Part shown: in pieces, positions 26,856 to 34,430 of the stretch
Position numbering within the stretch: the stretch's first letter is position 1
How the letters are laid out: every line of letters begins with the position of its first letter
Source: a virus
Taxonomy: Duplodnaviria; Caudoviricetes
IMG/VR virus record: IMGVR_UViG_3300038674_000631
Span: 1 to 37,120 of that record
DNA: 37,120 nt
Strand: one strand, 5' to 3'
Made by a program: the position numbers and the translations under genes
Notes under the pieces: model-generated
Database searches by the model: none
The model's input: only the letters and a program-made list of their open reading frames with translations
What the model was told of the DNA's origin: nothing

Positions 26856-27236
26856 TTAGGGTAGCTTTCTAGAATAACCACATTTGTTGCAGGTTTCTCC
26901 GACTTCACCGCTGCACCCATTGTGATAAATTTTCAGGTCAGATTCACATTCAGGACATTTTTCAAGAAATTCATTTCCACTTTCAGTTTTTTTTCCTGGT
27001 TCTATTCGGCCGGGGCGGTGGCAGCAGAAGGGGCAGACGGCGATGAATTCGCCTTCATCGGCGGCGGCTTGTTTATACAGCACGCCGTGAAGAACCGGGT
27101 CGCCGTTTTTGTCAAGAGAGTGAACCGCGAAAAAGCCTTTCAAAGACCTTGATTCGAGACGAATCTGAAGTCTGGTACAGACTGCTGTTTCGTTGCATCT
27201 TTCGACCAGGTTATTTTTTTGTTCGCTTTTCGTCAT
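26856..27236 (-). CDS. Zn-ribbon-containing hypothetical protein
   Basis: ATG 27236 after AGGAG; CPFC, CPEC and CNKC motifs. Confidence 0.65.
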   Translation of the reverse strand: MTKSEQKNNLVERCNETAVCTRLQIRLESRSLKGFFAVHSLDKNGDPVLHGVLYKQAAADEGEFIAVCPFCCHRPGRIEPGKKTESGNEFLEKCPECESDLKIYHNGCSGEVGETCNKCGYSRKLP

Positions 27237-27336
27237 CGTAGTTCTCCTGTTTTTGTTCAGCTGATTTTTTGACCAGTGCAAGCAGATCTCGCTGATCATT
27301 CAAAATTTCAAGTTCGATTAAACTTTTAAATGACAT
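27211..27336 (-). CDS. 41-aa hypothetical protein
   Basis: AGGAGG SD then ATG 27336 (MSFKSLIELEILND...); below the ORF-track cutoff. Confidence 0.5.
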   Translation of the reverse strand: MSFKSLIELEILNDQRDLLALVKKSAEQKQENYDDEKRTKK

Positions 27337-27434
27337 AGTTCCTCCTGTTCAATTTTATTTAGTCCATTTGTTTTTTTTGGGTTTAAAACCGCTATTCGCG
27401 ACTTACTGGACTATCTTGATTTTTTTAGTCCACG

Positions 27435-27508
27435 TTGCCTGGTGCGGGATTCGAACCCGCTCCACACGCCCGATACCTAGAATGCTTGCGTGGGTTTCCT
27501 TTCAGGCA
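27435..27508 (-). ncRNA. Degenerate tRNA-like element (acceptor stem and T-arm, no D-arm)
   Basis: TGCCTG/CAGGCA stem; perfect T-arm GCGGG-TTCGAAT-CCCGC; central CCACGC/GCGTG(T)GG stem. Confidence 0.5.
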
Positions 27509-27550
27509 GGTTATTTAATGACGATGTCAGTTTGCTGCTCGTTGTAAACG

Positions 27551-27727
27551 TTACCTGAGGTTTAATTTCAAACGATATTGGTTAATGACCGCCAGCCAGA
27601 TCAGGGCAGACAAAGCAGCATCGTCAGCCGCAAGCTTATTCTCTATTGCTGACACGGCTTCTGACGGGGTCTGTGAATGCACTATCAAATCACGTATTTC
27701 TTCGATTTTCATAAGATTATCTGTCAT
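27551..27727 (-). CDS. 58-aa hypothetical protein
   Basis: MTDNLMKIEEIRDL...; ATGA-coupled to the upstream mini-ORF. Confidence 0.5.
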   Translation of the reverse strand: MTDNLMKIEEIRDLIVHSQTPSEAVSAIENKLAADDAALSALIWLAVINQYRLKLNLR

Positions 27728-27807
27728 AAACTGCCAATCAAATCATCATCATCAGTTGTCAGCCAGAGACTGACCAGTAATAGAGCCACAACCGGGAAGC
27801 AAACCAT
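27724..27807 (-). CDS. 27-aa hydrophobic peptide
   Basis: AAGGAG SD; MVCFPVVALLLVSLWLTTDDDDLIGSL; its stop overlaps the next start. Confidence 0.4.
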   Translation of the reverse strand: MVCFPVVALLLVSLWLTTDDDDLIGSL

Positions 27808-27824
27808 CACCGATACTCCTTTGC

Positions 27825-28067
27825 CTAATTACCAGAAAATGGTTTGTCAACCGATGCAGGGAGGTTCTGAAGCAAACCGCACTCAATTGTCATTTTCATT
27901 TCTTTTAGAAGCTTCAGTGCGTTCTGATTACGCCAGTAAGCATCTTTAACATCTTCCATATTTACCGGACGATCTGCAAAAAGACTTTTCCAGAGCAACA
28001 AAGCTATCTCAATTTCAGCAAGATTATCTGAAAGCCTTTGACAGAAGATTTTTTGTGCGTTGTTCAT
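27825..28067 (-). CDS. Hypothetical protein
   Basis: GGAG SD; ATGA overlap with the upstream gene. Confidence 0.6.
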   Translation of the reverse strand: MNNAQKIFCQRLSDNLAEIEIALLLWKSLFADRPVNMEDVKDAYWRNQNALKLLKEMKMTIECGLLQNLPASVDKPFSGN

Positions 28068-28219
28068 TTTTTACTCCGATCTGTAAGGACATTGCCCATA
28101 TTGTCTACAGTGCGATAGTTGTAGTCATCGCCATTCAAACTGCACCAAGCAGCCCATTCAGAGCCAAACTCTCCAACCTTAACCCATTGGTCGCCGTCAA
28201 AATATTCAAGCGTTATCAT
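28064..28219 (-). CDS. 51-aa hypothetical protein
   Basis: MITLEYFDGDQWVKVGEFGSEWAAWCSL...; GGAG SD; bounded by 21-bp direct repeats. Confidence 0.6.
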   Translation of the reverse strand: MITLEYFDGDQWVKVGEFGSEWAAWCSLNGDDYNYRTVDNMGNVLTDRSKK

Positions 28220-28236
28220 TTTTTACTCCGATCTGT
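28064..28236. repeat. 21-bp direct repeat flanking one small gene
   Basis: TCATTTTTTACTCCGATCTGT at 28064-28084 and 28216-28236. Confidence 0.9.
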
Positions 28237-28684
28237 GCAAATATTTTTTATACTCAAACTTGTCGATCATGCGTCTGACGACAGAAACCAGCATGACTTG
28301 TTCATTGATCAAATGCCGTTCTTTAAAAATGCCTGGCTTAACAATTTCTCTTGGTTTTCGCTTTTCATTCACGTAGATCAAACCCCAATTCAGAGGTAAT
28401 TCTTCAGGCCTGATCAAATCCTTCGGGCAGATATATGCGCGGTGCATGCCAACGCCCCTTTCATCGCGGCCGCGAAACCACTTCTTTTTATCTGCAAGAA
28501 AGTCCGAGCGAGATGCTTTTGCTTCAAGCAAAAACGAATGGCCGCTATTGAAACCAAGGCAGTCAGGAATTTCAAGACTCATTGTTGACAGCTCTTTTAA
28601 AACCACCTTGAAGCCCCTGTTAAAGAGCCATCTGGCGCCGATTTCAACAAGCTCTGCGTGTGTGATTTCTGACATTTTATCCAT
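28223..28684 (-). CDS. PD-(D/E)xK nuclease-like protein (MmcB-like)
   Basis: EIPDCLG...LLEAKASRSDFLADKKK...YICP...LP-NWGLI; start reassigned to 28684. Confidence 0.7.
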   Translation of the reverse strand: MDKMSEITHAELVEIGARWLFNRGFKVVLKELSTMSLEIPDCLGFNSGHSFLLEAKASRSDFLADKKKWFRGRDERGVGMHRAYICPKDLIRPEELPLNWGLIYVNEKRKPREIVKPGIFKERHLINEQVMLVSVVRRMIDKFEYKKYLHRSE

Positions 28685-29024
28685 TCTTTTTGATATTAAT
28701 TCTGAAGCGGTGCCTGGCAAGGGCGGCGGCTGCGAGATCACATTCCCATTGCGCTTCATGCTCTTTATCCATGAGTTTGATAATATCCAGCTTCAGCAGT
28801 TTCTTTGTTTCAGAACTAGATTTATCAAGCTCTTTTATTTTAGCCAGGGCTGTTTTATCTACTGGCCCATGAAGGATTTCAAGTATTTCCTGGCGAAATT
28901 CAATCAGTCTTGAACAGGCATTTAAACGTGCATCTAACTTTTTCCTGGCCTGGTCGGCAATTTTAAGCAGCCTGCCATGTTCACGCTCAAGAGCAGACAG
29001 AATGATTTCGTCCTCGGTCTTCAT
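28677..29024 (-). CDS. Hypothetical coiled-coil protein
   Basis: ATGA-coupled within the operon. Confidence 0.6.
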   Translation of the reverse strand: MKTEDEIILSALEREHGRLLKIADQARKKLDARLNACSRLIEFRQEILEILHGPVDKTALAKIKELDKSSSETKKLLKLDIIKLMDKEHEAQWECDLAAAALARHRFRINIKKNG

Positions 29025-29479
29025 TGAGAATCACCTTTCAGACGATTTCGCAGCCCTTCGGCTCGAAGCTTTAAAACCCTGTCGACCGCGATTAAGTAGA
29101 GGTCTTCCATTGTTTCTGCATAAAAACAAGGGCAATCAAGTACGCCCACACACTCCCGAAACCCATAGGAAATATATTCTCGAAAAGGCACGTTCAACCT
29201 GCAGATTAAACCGAATTTTTTAGACTGATGGATTTTAAAAAAAAGCGCTTCGTTGAAAAGTGCCTCAGCGTCATCTTCGTCTTCAGCTTCAAAATCTTCA
29301 AAATGACCAACATTAAGAAACGAAAGTGTTTCATCTTCAATTCCATAAATTTCTTCTGAAAAATCTCTAAAAGTTTGGTGGTCAGCGTCATGACCGTGAA
29401 CAAGGGAGCCAAGATCGATGACTTTTTCTATCCAGAAGCCAAGTTCTTCACATTTCTCGAGAAATTCTTTTCTTTCCAT
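29021..29479 (-). CDS. Acidic hypothetical protein
   Basis: AAGGAG SD; 152 aa, Asp/Glu-rich. Confidence 0.65.
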   Translation of the reverse strand: MERKEFLEKCEELGFWIEKVIDLGSLVHGHDADHQTFRDFSEEIYGIEDETLSFLNVGHFEDFEAEDEDDAEALFNEALFFKIHQSKKFGLICRLNVPFREYISYGFRECVGVLDCPCFYAETMEDLYLIAVDRVLKLRAEGLRNRLKGDSQ

Positions 29480-29525
29480 TTTTTAGTCTCCTTAAATCAG
29501 GTTTAAATGATGTTTAATAAGCCGT

Positions 29526-29633
29526 TGAAGCGGGCAGGATTTGAACCTGCATCACGAGGCATAAGAAAAGCCGTCAATCTCGTAAGATTCTTGCGATGCT
29601 ATGCCGTAGCGTTTGCCAATTCGCCACCGCTCC
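29526..29633 (-). tRNA. Atypical tRNA-like RNA / pseudo-tRNA (Leu-like body, expanded anticodon/variable region)
   Basis: Acceptor GGAGCGG/CCGCTTC plus A; D-arm GCG-AATTGGCAAA-CGC; T-arm GCAGG-TTCAAAT-CCTGC; about 58-nt centre without a canonical anticodon loop; no encoded CCA. Confidence 0.6.
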
Positions 29634-29639
29634 ATTCAA

Positions 29640-29843
29640 TCAGTCTTGAACCACTATTTTTTCCTGAGTCATTATTTCCGATTCAAAGTCGCCGTGAAAC
29701 TGATCGCAGGCTATAATGTTGTCACTTGCAGGATTTGCTAGGTTAAATTCACAAAAACTGCAGCATTCAGCAATAGTGCCTTTGCAGTAGTCGCACAGAT
29801 TCCCATTTTCGATGTCTTTCATTCTTGTAATTGTTTTTGTCAT
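29640..29843 (-). CDS. Cys-rich hypothetical protein
   Basis: NLCDYC...EC...DNIIACDQF; ATGA-coupled. Confidence 0.6.
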   Translation of the reverse strand: MTKTITRMKDIENGNLCDYCKGTIAECCSFCEFNLANPASDNIIACDQFHGDFESEIMTQEKIVVQD

Positions 29844-30400
29844 AAACGGTTCTCGCTTTCTGAAACTTTTTCGTGGACCGAGAAGGTCCGGCCGCTGTTT
29901 CCGTAGCCCATGTAGATGGTAATCAATGCAACGTTCCGCCAGTTTGGCAGGGGCCTGATCCAGTCGTAATGCAAAATACCGAAACGTCCGCCGACTTCGA
30001 GATGCAGATCTGCCTGTCGCTGAATTTCGATTGGTTTCGGATAGGCGCTGACTCCGACTTTGTATTTTGCCTGGTCGGTTTTGCTGTAAGCCGGATCAGC
30101 AAGGATGAAACGCCACTTTTCACGAGTTGGCCAGGGCTTGCGAACATCGCAGAGAAAATCTGGTTCAGTAGCAGGATCAAGATCAAGGGTTTTGTCATTC
30201 GGCCCGAAACCGCGTGAATAAGCATAAAACCGCGCCATCCCACCACAGACATGCAATACTGAACTTTCAAGGCTGGCACCCAGCAAAGCCCGGCCACGTT
30301 CAGGGAAACCGGCGGGGTATGCTCCATACCACTTTCGGCCAGCTTTCAGTTTTGGCCTGGCCAGAATCCAGGTATCAGTTATCGGTCTGATATTTCCCAT
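29840..30400 (-). CDS. Putative SAM-dependent amino (N6A/N4C) methyltransferase
   Basis: YGAYP, VLHVCGG (motif I-like), TLDLD, ILADPAY (DPPY-like motif IV). Confidence 0.65.
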   Translation of the reverse strand: MGNIRPITDTWILARPKLKAGRKWYGAYPAGFPERGRALLGASLESSVLHVCGGMARFYAYSRGFGPNDKTLDLDPATEPDFLCDVRKPWPTREKWRFILADPAYSKTDQAKYKVGVSAYPKPIEIQRQADLHLEVGGRFGILHYDWIRPLPNWRNVALITIYMGYGNSGRTFSVHEKVSESENRL

Positions 30401-30415
30401 GTTATTTCCAGTCTT

Positions 30416-30643
30416 CTATTTCAGTTTTTCGCCGCAAATGGGGCAGAAATGGCCTTTTGTTGGCACTACTGTTTTTTTAGACTTAAGACTACCGTCGCGC
30501 TTTTTTTCATAAATAGAAACATTGATTGGAATAAAACAGTCCAGATCGTCACTAAAAGTGAAAATAACTTCTACTTTCGGTTCGCTTTCTGCGCCATATT
30601 TTTCAATGAATTTTTGTTCAAGCTTTTTTATGCAGTCGCACAT
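30416..30643 (-). CDS. Zn-binding hypothetical protein
   Basis: MCDCIKKLE...FCPICGEK; GGAGGGG SD before ATG 30643. Confidence 0.7.
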   Translation of the reverse strand: MCDCIKKLEQKFIEKYGAESEPKVEVIFTFSDDLDCFIPINVSIYEKKRDGSLKSKKTVVPTKGHFCPICGEKLK

Positions 30644-30644
30644 G

Positions 30645-30854
30645 TTAGTTCCCCTCCGGCCAGATTGGCATTCGTTCTTCGATTGCTTTGCCCACAGCGC
30701 TGGACAGCGCATTGATAATTGCAACCGCATCTTCAACGTTTAAATAGAACAGCGCAGGAGAACCGTGTCCTGGAGCTGGCCGAATTTCAAGGCTGATACA
30801 ATCAGAAGATTCTGATGTAAAAGATTTTTCATGCAATCGCGCTTCTATTCTCAT
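30645..30854 (-). CDS. Hypothetical protein
   Basis: ATG 30854 overlaps the upstream TGA (MRIEARLHEK...). Confidence 0.5.
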   Translation of the reverse strand: MRIEARLHEKSFTSESSDCISLEIRPAPGHGSPALFYLNVEDAVAIINALSSAVGKAIEERMPIWPEGN

Positions 30855-31015
30855 GCCGTTTTTCCAGACATGAGAAGAAACAAAATTACTTGTAATTGCT
30901 GCATCTCCTGATTTAATTTCCTGATTTCCATGTCTCTTTCGAAAAGCAGCTGGTTTAATTCTTCGTTCTTTTGAACTTCCCATTTTAAGCACCTTTCAAG
31001 ATTAATTGTTTCCAT
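30851..31015 (-). CDS. Short coiled-coil protein
   Basis: METINLERCLKWEVQKNEELNQLL...; overlaps both neighbours in a coupled pattern. Confidence 0.5.
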   Translation of the reverse strand: METINLERCLKWEVQKNEELNQLLFERDMEIRKLNQEMQQLQVILFLLMSGKTA

Positions 31016-31613
31016 CTTTGCCCTGATCAAGCATGCGCTTGCGCTTTTCATCATCAGTTTCCTGGATATTCAAGCGTGTTTTATCAAGAATTCTGCCGTG
31101 AATCTGTGCAAATATTTTTGCACCGCGAATTCTTTCTTCTTCTGTAAAAACACGCTCAGAAACTTTGACCGGTGCAGTCTCGCCACGGCAAACAACAGAA
31201 GATACTGGCTCAGGCTTTGAACGTTCATCAAATGAAGATTCTGCCTTTGCAGCAAAGTCATACGCCGTATGTTTCAAATAATTGTGGTTTTTCAACTGCG
31301 CCGGTCTACGTTCAACCACAGCTTCAACCGCAGTTTTCCATGTCCTTGCATTAATATTCTTTGCCCCGGCCCCATCCCAGTTGATAGTGTTTTGAGCAAC
31401 AAGCTCGGCAAATTCTGCAAGCAGCCGATTTGCCTTATTCCACGCAAGTCCACGGCCCTTTTCAGGTCTGAACAGTCCGATGTAAGCAATCGCGCATTTT
31501 TGCAGCTCAGCCGGGAGATTGGTGACAGCAACAATAAAGGTGCGTGCCTCAACATCTCCCAGCCATGCTTCAAGGCTGGCACAACTGCTACAAACCGGGC
31601 AGATCAATTTCAT
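31002..31613 (-). CDS. Conserved Mu-like prophage hypothetical protein
   Basis: CPVC...SLEAW...YIGLFRP...L-W-KA-RLL...LKNHNYLK, a pattern familiar from Mu-like early regions. Confidence 0.7.
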   Translation of the reverse strand: MKLICPVCSSCASLEAWLGDVEARTFIVAVTNLPAELQKCAIAYIGLFRPEKGRGLAWNKANRLLAEFAELVAQNTINWDGAGAKNINARTWKTAVEAVVERRPAQLKNHNYLKHTAYDFAAKAESSFDERSKPEPVSSVVCRGETAPVKVSERVFTEEERIRGAKIFAQIHGRILDKTRLNIQETDDEKRKRMLDQGKDGNN

Positions 31614-31861
31614 AACTTTTTCCAGTTCTCACGCTGATCAGCAATCAAGTTGCCAATCAGTTCCTCTCTTAATGCACGTCCGTTGTTCTGGGCCTTCTCA
31701 GCGTGTGCCAGAAGATCAACAACGCTGTCGATATTTATTTTGTTTGTTTTGTTCGCAACATCAATGGCCATTTCCAGGCCGAGTAATGCGCTTTTAAAGG
31801 TGAAATCATGCAGAATAATCTGCTCTTTCAGATGCGCAATGCGCGGATTCATTTGACTCAT
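31610..31861 (-). CDS. Hypothetical protein
   Basis: AAGGAG SD; stop overlaps the next start. Confidence 0.6.
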   Translation of the reverse strand: MSQMNPRIAHLKEQIILHDFTFKSALLGLEMAIDVANKTNKINIDSVVDLLAHAEKAQNNGRALREELIGNLIADQRENWKKL

Positions 31862-31870
31862 ATTGTCTCC

Positions 31871-32242
31871 TTAATCTTTATTTATGCATGAATATGCGAA
31901 TGTGGTTGACACGCCACACTTGATTGCAAGACTTTTGACATTCGATCCGTCAAACTTTGCCTTGATGTATTTTTTTGCCAATTTCTTAAGGCCCGACTTG
32001 GGCACAATCAGCTGTATGCCGCCGAGCTTCAATATCATAAGAAAAGCAGCTTCAAGCCCGAGCAGATCAGCAATCAATCGCATGTCATCGTTCGGCAAAT
32101 CATCATCAGCAAACATCTCGAACAAGTCACGATGCTCGTCTATAAGAGCACCAAGTGTGCCGATTCTCGTTTTGTTTTTCCTTGTCGTGCACGTAGATTC
32201 TGTCTGCTCGTTTTCAAAAAGCGACAGCTGCTTCTTATTCAT
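31871..32242 (-). CDS. mor: Mor/C-family transcription activator
   Basis: IADLLGLEAA...LGGIQLIVPK...FDGSNVKSLAIKCGVSTTFAY. Confidence 0.82.
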   Translation of the reverse strand: MNKKQLSLFENEQTESTCTTRKNKTRIGTLGALIDEHRDLFEMFADDDLPNDDMRLIADLLGLEAAFLMILKLGGIQLIVPKSGLKKLAKKYIKAKFDGSNVKSLAIKCGVSTTFAYSCINKD

Positions 32243-32396
32243 CTTTCACCTCGCTATCGTCAGCTACTGCATCCCAGGTCGCTGATGTTTTCTTGATCTG
32301 CGCTTTATTGCCAGAGATAAGCGCTTGTAAATAAGCATTAACTGCGGCAAATACTTCTACAGCTCGTTTTGGTCCGTTTTTCGGGATTTCAACCAT
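32235..32396 (-). CDS. Hypothetical protein
   Basis: ATG 32396 overlaps the end of gam; stop overlaps the mor start. Confidence 0.45.
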   Translation of the reverse strand: MVEIPKNGPKRAVEVFAAVNAYLQALISGNKAQIKKTSATWDAVADDSEVKDE

Positions 32397-32913
32397 TTTC
32401 CGCAGCGGCTTTGTCTTCATCGAGCAGCTTCTGCACAAGCTTGTCGATATCGCTGTTGGTGTCTTTGATCAAAACCTGCTCATTGCCTTCGACCAGGCTT
32501 ACACCGATTTTTTTCAGATCAGGTGCCGGAAGCTGTTTTAAAGCCGTTTTGCAAAGGGTTTCTTTGGTATTGATCAGGACATTTATCTGACCGACCATAG
32601 TCTTCTTGATGCGGTTGATGACCGTTTCTTCGTCATCCCATTCGATGTCGTCAGAAACCTTCTGCAGCCCGAACTTGATGCCGTGAACAGTCATCGTTTT
32701 CGGTCTTTTGAACAGATCGCGGGACTCTTCGATAGCGTTCGAAAGGTTCTCTTTCAGGCTTTTTGCCTTATTCACCGCATGCCTGATGATGGGCAGATAC
32801 TTGCGTTTAATCGCTTCAATTTCGTCATTCATTGCACGCATTCGATCACTAAGCACGAGTCGGGCGTCAGCAAAGTCTTTAGAGATGGTTTCAAATTCTT
32901 TTACGGTTTTCAC
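32389..32913 (-). CDS. gam: Gam-like host nuclease inhibitor / DNA end-protection protein
   Basis: N-terminal coiled coil, LFKRPKT...HGIKFGLQK, KTALK-L...LKKIGV; typical position. Confidence 0.7.
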   Translation of the reverse strand: MKTVKEFETISKDFADARLVLSDRMRAMNDEIEAIKRKYLPIIRHAVNKAKSLKENLSNAIEESRDLFKRPKTMTVHGIKFGLQKVSDDIEWDDEETVINRIKKTMVGQINVLINTKETLCKTALKQLPAPDLKKIGVSLVEGNEQVLIKDTNSDIDKLVQKLLDEDKAAAENG

Positions 32914-33091
32914 GGTCGGCCTCCTGGATTACTGTTTTTTTGATCGAAATCGCTTCAGATTCATCTTCAGCGAAAGTCCACGGTTGTTTTGCGCCACAGA
33001 TGCGACAGCGATACGGAAGATGCCGGCGCGGAGCGCAGATTTGTCCGCATTTCATGCAGACGAGCAATTGTTTTTTCAAGTTTGCCTCCAC
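32891..33091 (-). CDS. Zn-ribbon hypothetical protein
   Basis: CMKCG...CRICG; fills the gemA-gam gap. Confidence 0.55.
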   Translation of the reverse strand: MEANLKKQLLVCMKCGQICAPRRHLPYRCRICGAKQPWTFAEDESEAISIKKTVIQEADRENRKRI

Positions 33092-33525
33092 TTCGTGCTT
33101 TTCATGGTTAAAAGCGCATTGATAATCTTGCTTGCGACTGATTTGTTTGCGAACCTGATGTCGCTTACACCGTATTTTTCAATAAAGTGTCGAAGCGCAA
33201 CCGCCCTTTTTTCGTCGGAATCAGCCCGGCTGACTTCGCGCCAGATCGATTCAATCATGCGCAGCTGCTTCGGTGTCGCCATGTCAGGGCGACTCCCGAG
33301 ATCATCGAACCGCTTTTTATTGCCCTTTTGGCCACGCTGCTTCCAGACTCCAGCAGAAATGCCCATTTCAATCAGTCTGTTTTCAAAAACACTGGCTTCA
33401 GTGTCACTCAGCTGTGTCGATGATTCGACGCCGAAGCCGTAAAGCATTGCCTCATACTCTTCTCTTGTCATGCGCAGCGCATTTTTAAGGGTATGTATAA
33501 GTTTGATCTGGGCTGGTGTTGCCAT
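33076..33525 (-). CDS. gemA: GemA / DUF1018 regulatory protein (Mu gp16-like)
   Basis: QIKLIHTLKNAL-M--EEYEAML...SSTQLS...KQLRMIESIW...ASKIINAL--M. Confidence 0.85.
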   Translation of the reverse strand: MATPAQIKLIHTLKNALRMTREEYEAMLYGFGVESSTQLSDTEASVFENRLIEMGISAGVWKQRGQKGNKKRFDDLGSRPDMATPKQLRMIESIWREVSRADSDEKRAVALRHFIEKYGVSDIRFANKSVASKIINALLTMKSTKWRQT

Positions 33526-33536
33526 ATTTCACCTCA

Positions 33537-34430
33537 TCAAATCATCAAAGATTTGCCGGCTTCGGTTACAAGGTCTTTGTCGATGGGCATGTTGTTTATT
33601 TCCGACATTCTGATGCTGCGCCGTATAAGCTTCGTAAGCACGCGAGTATTGCCGTTGGCGACGCTATGAAACGTTTTATAGACACCGTTTGAATCTGGCA
33701 GGGCATTTTTTACAAACAGCTCGGTGTCAGACGGGTCCAGCACCTGCAAAACACCCTTCACACCAACGCGAGAGAACAGCTGCGCATATTCGCCGCGCTT
33801 GCCGCGCAGATTCCCGATCAGAACCGGCATGCCGATCAAAAGAATGCCGACGCCGGCTTTGTCATAGATGCGGCGCAGAAGTTCCAGGGCGCGGTAAGGA
33901 AGATGCTCGGCCTCGTCAACGATGATCATGCGATCGGAGCCCTTGAGCTTCGCCACGATGTCCTCGAACAAGGCGTGAATCTGACCATGCCCATCAAGGC
34001 CAACAGCTTTGTGCAACTCCTGAAAAAGCACTTTGGCGGTGTAACCAAGATCAGCTTCGATCAGTATGGTTGCCGGGTTCTGGCGGTTGAATTCTTTTAC
34101 CGCAAACGTTTTGCCCAGGCCGGCCGGGCCATAAATAACGCCTATTTCATTTTCAATAAGGCAATAATCGGCCAGTTCAAAGACCTTTCGGGCAATCGAG
34201 GTCTGAATAAAATCAGTTTGTGGTTTTACATTTCGTTCCTGGCGTTCGGCCTGGCGGGCCAGCCAGTTTTCGATTGCAACTTCAAGCTTGGCGACATCGC
34301 CCTTGTAGGAGAAGTTCAGATACTGGCTCAAAGCAGCAGGACTTCTGCCGATGCCCTTGGCAACCGCTGACGCGCTTTTGCCAGTTTCGTCGATAAACGC
34401 TCGTAATTTGTTTCTGAGTTCTTTATTCAT
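33537..34430 (-). CDS. Transposition ATPase MuB
   Basis: N-terminal HTH (SPAALSQYL--SYKGD), Walker A GPAGLGKT, Walker B IIVDEAE, QLFSRVG. Confidence 0.93.
   Translation of the reverse strand: MNKELRNKLRAFIDETGKSASAVAKGIGRSPAALSQYLNFSYKGDVAKLEVAIENWLARQAERQERNVKPQTDFIQTSIARKVFELADYCLIENEIGVIYGPAGLGKTFAVKEFNRQNPATILIEADLGYTAKVLFQELHKAVGLDGHGQIHALFEDIVAKLKGSDRMIIVDEAEHLPYRALELLRRIYDKAGVGILLIGMPVLIGNLRGKRGEYAQLFSRVGVKGVLQVLDPSDTELFVKNALPDSNGVYKTFHSVANGNTRVLTKLIRRSIRMSEINNMPIDKDLVTEAGKSLMI

Noticed and set aside
29526-29633. Functional tRNA-Leu(TAG) or tRNA integration site
   Set aside because: The anticodon stem is mismatched, U33 is absent and there is extra sequence before the T-arm; no integrase or att duplication is present.
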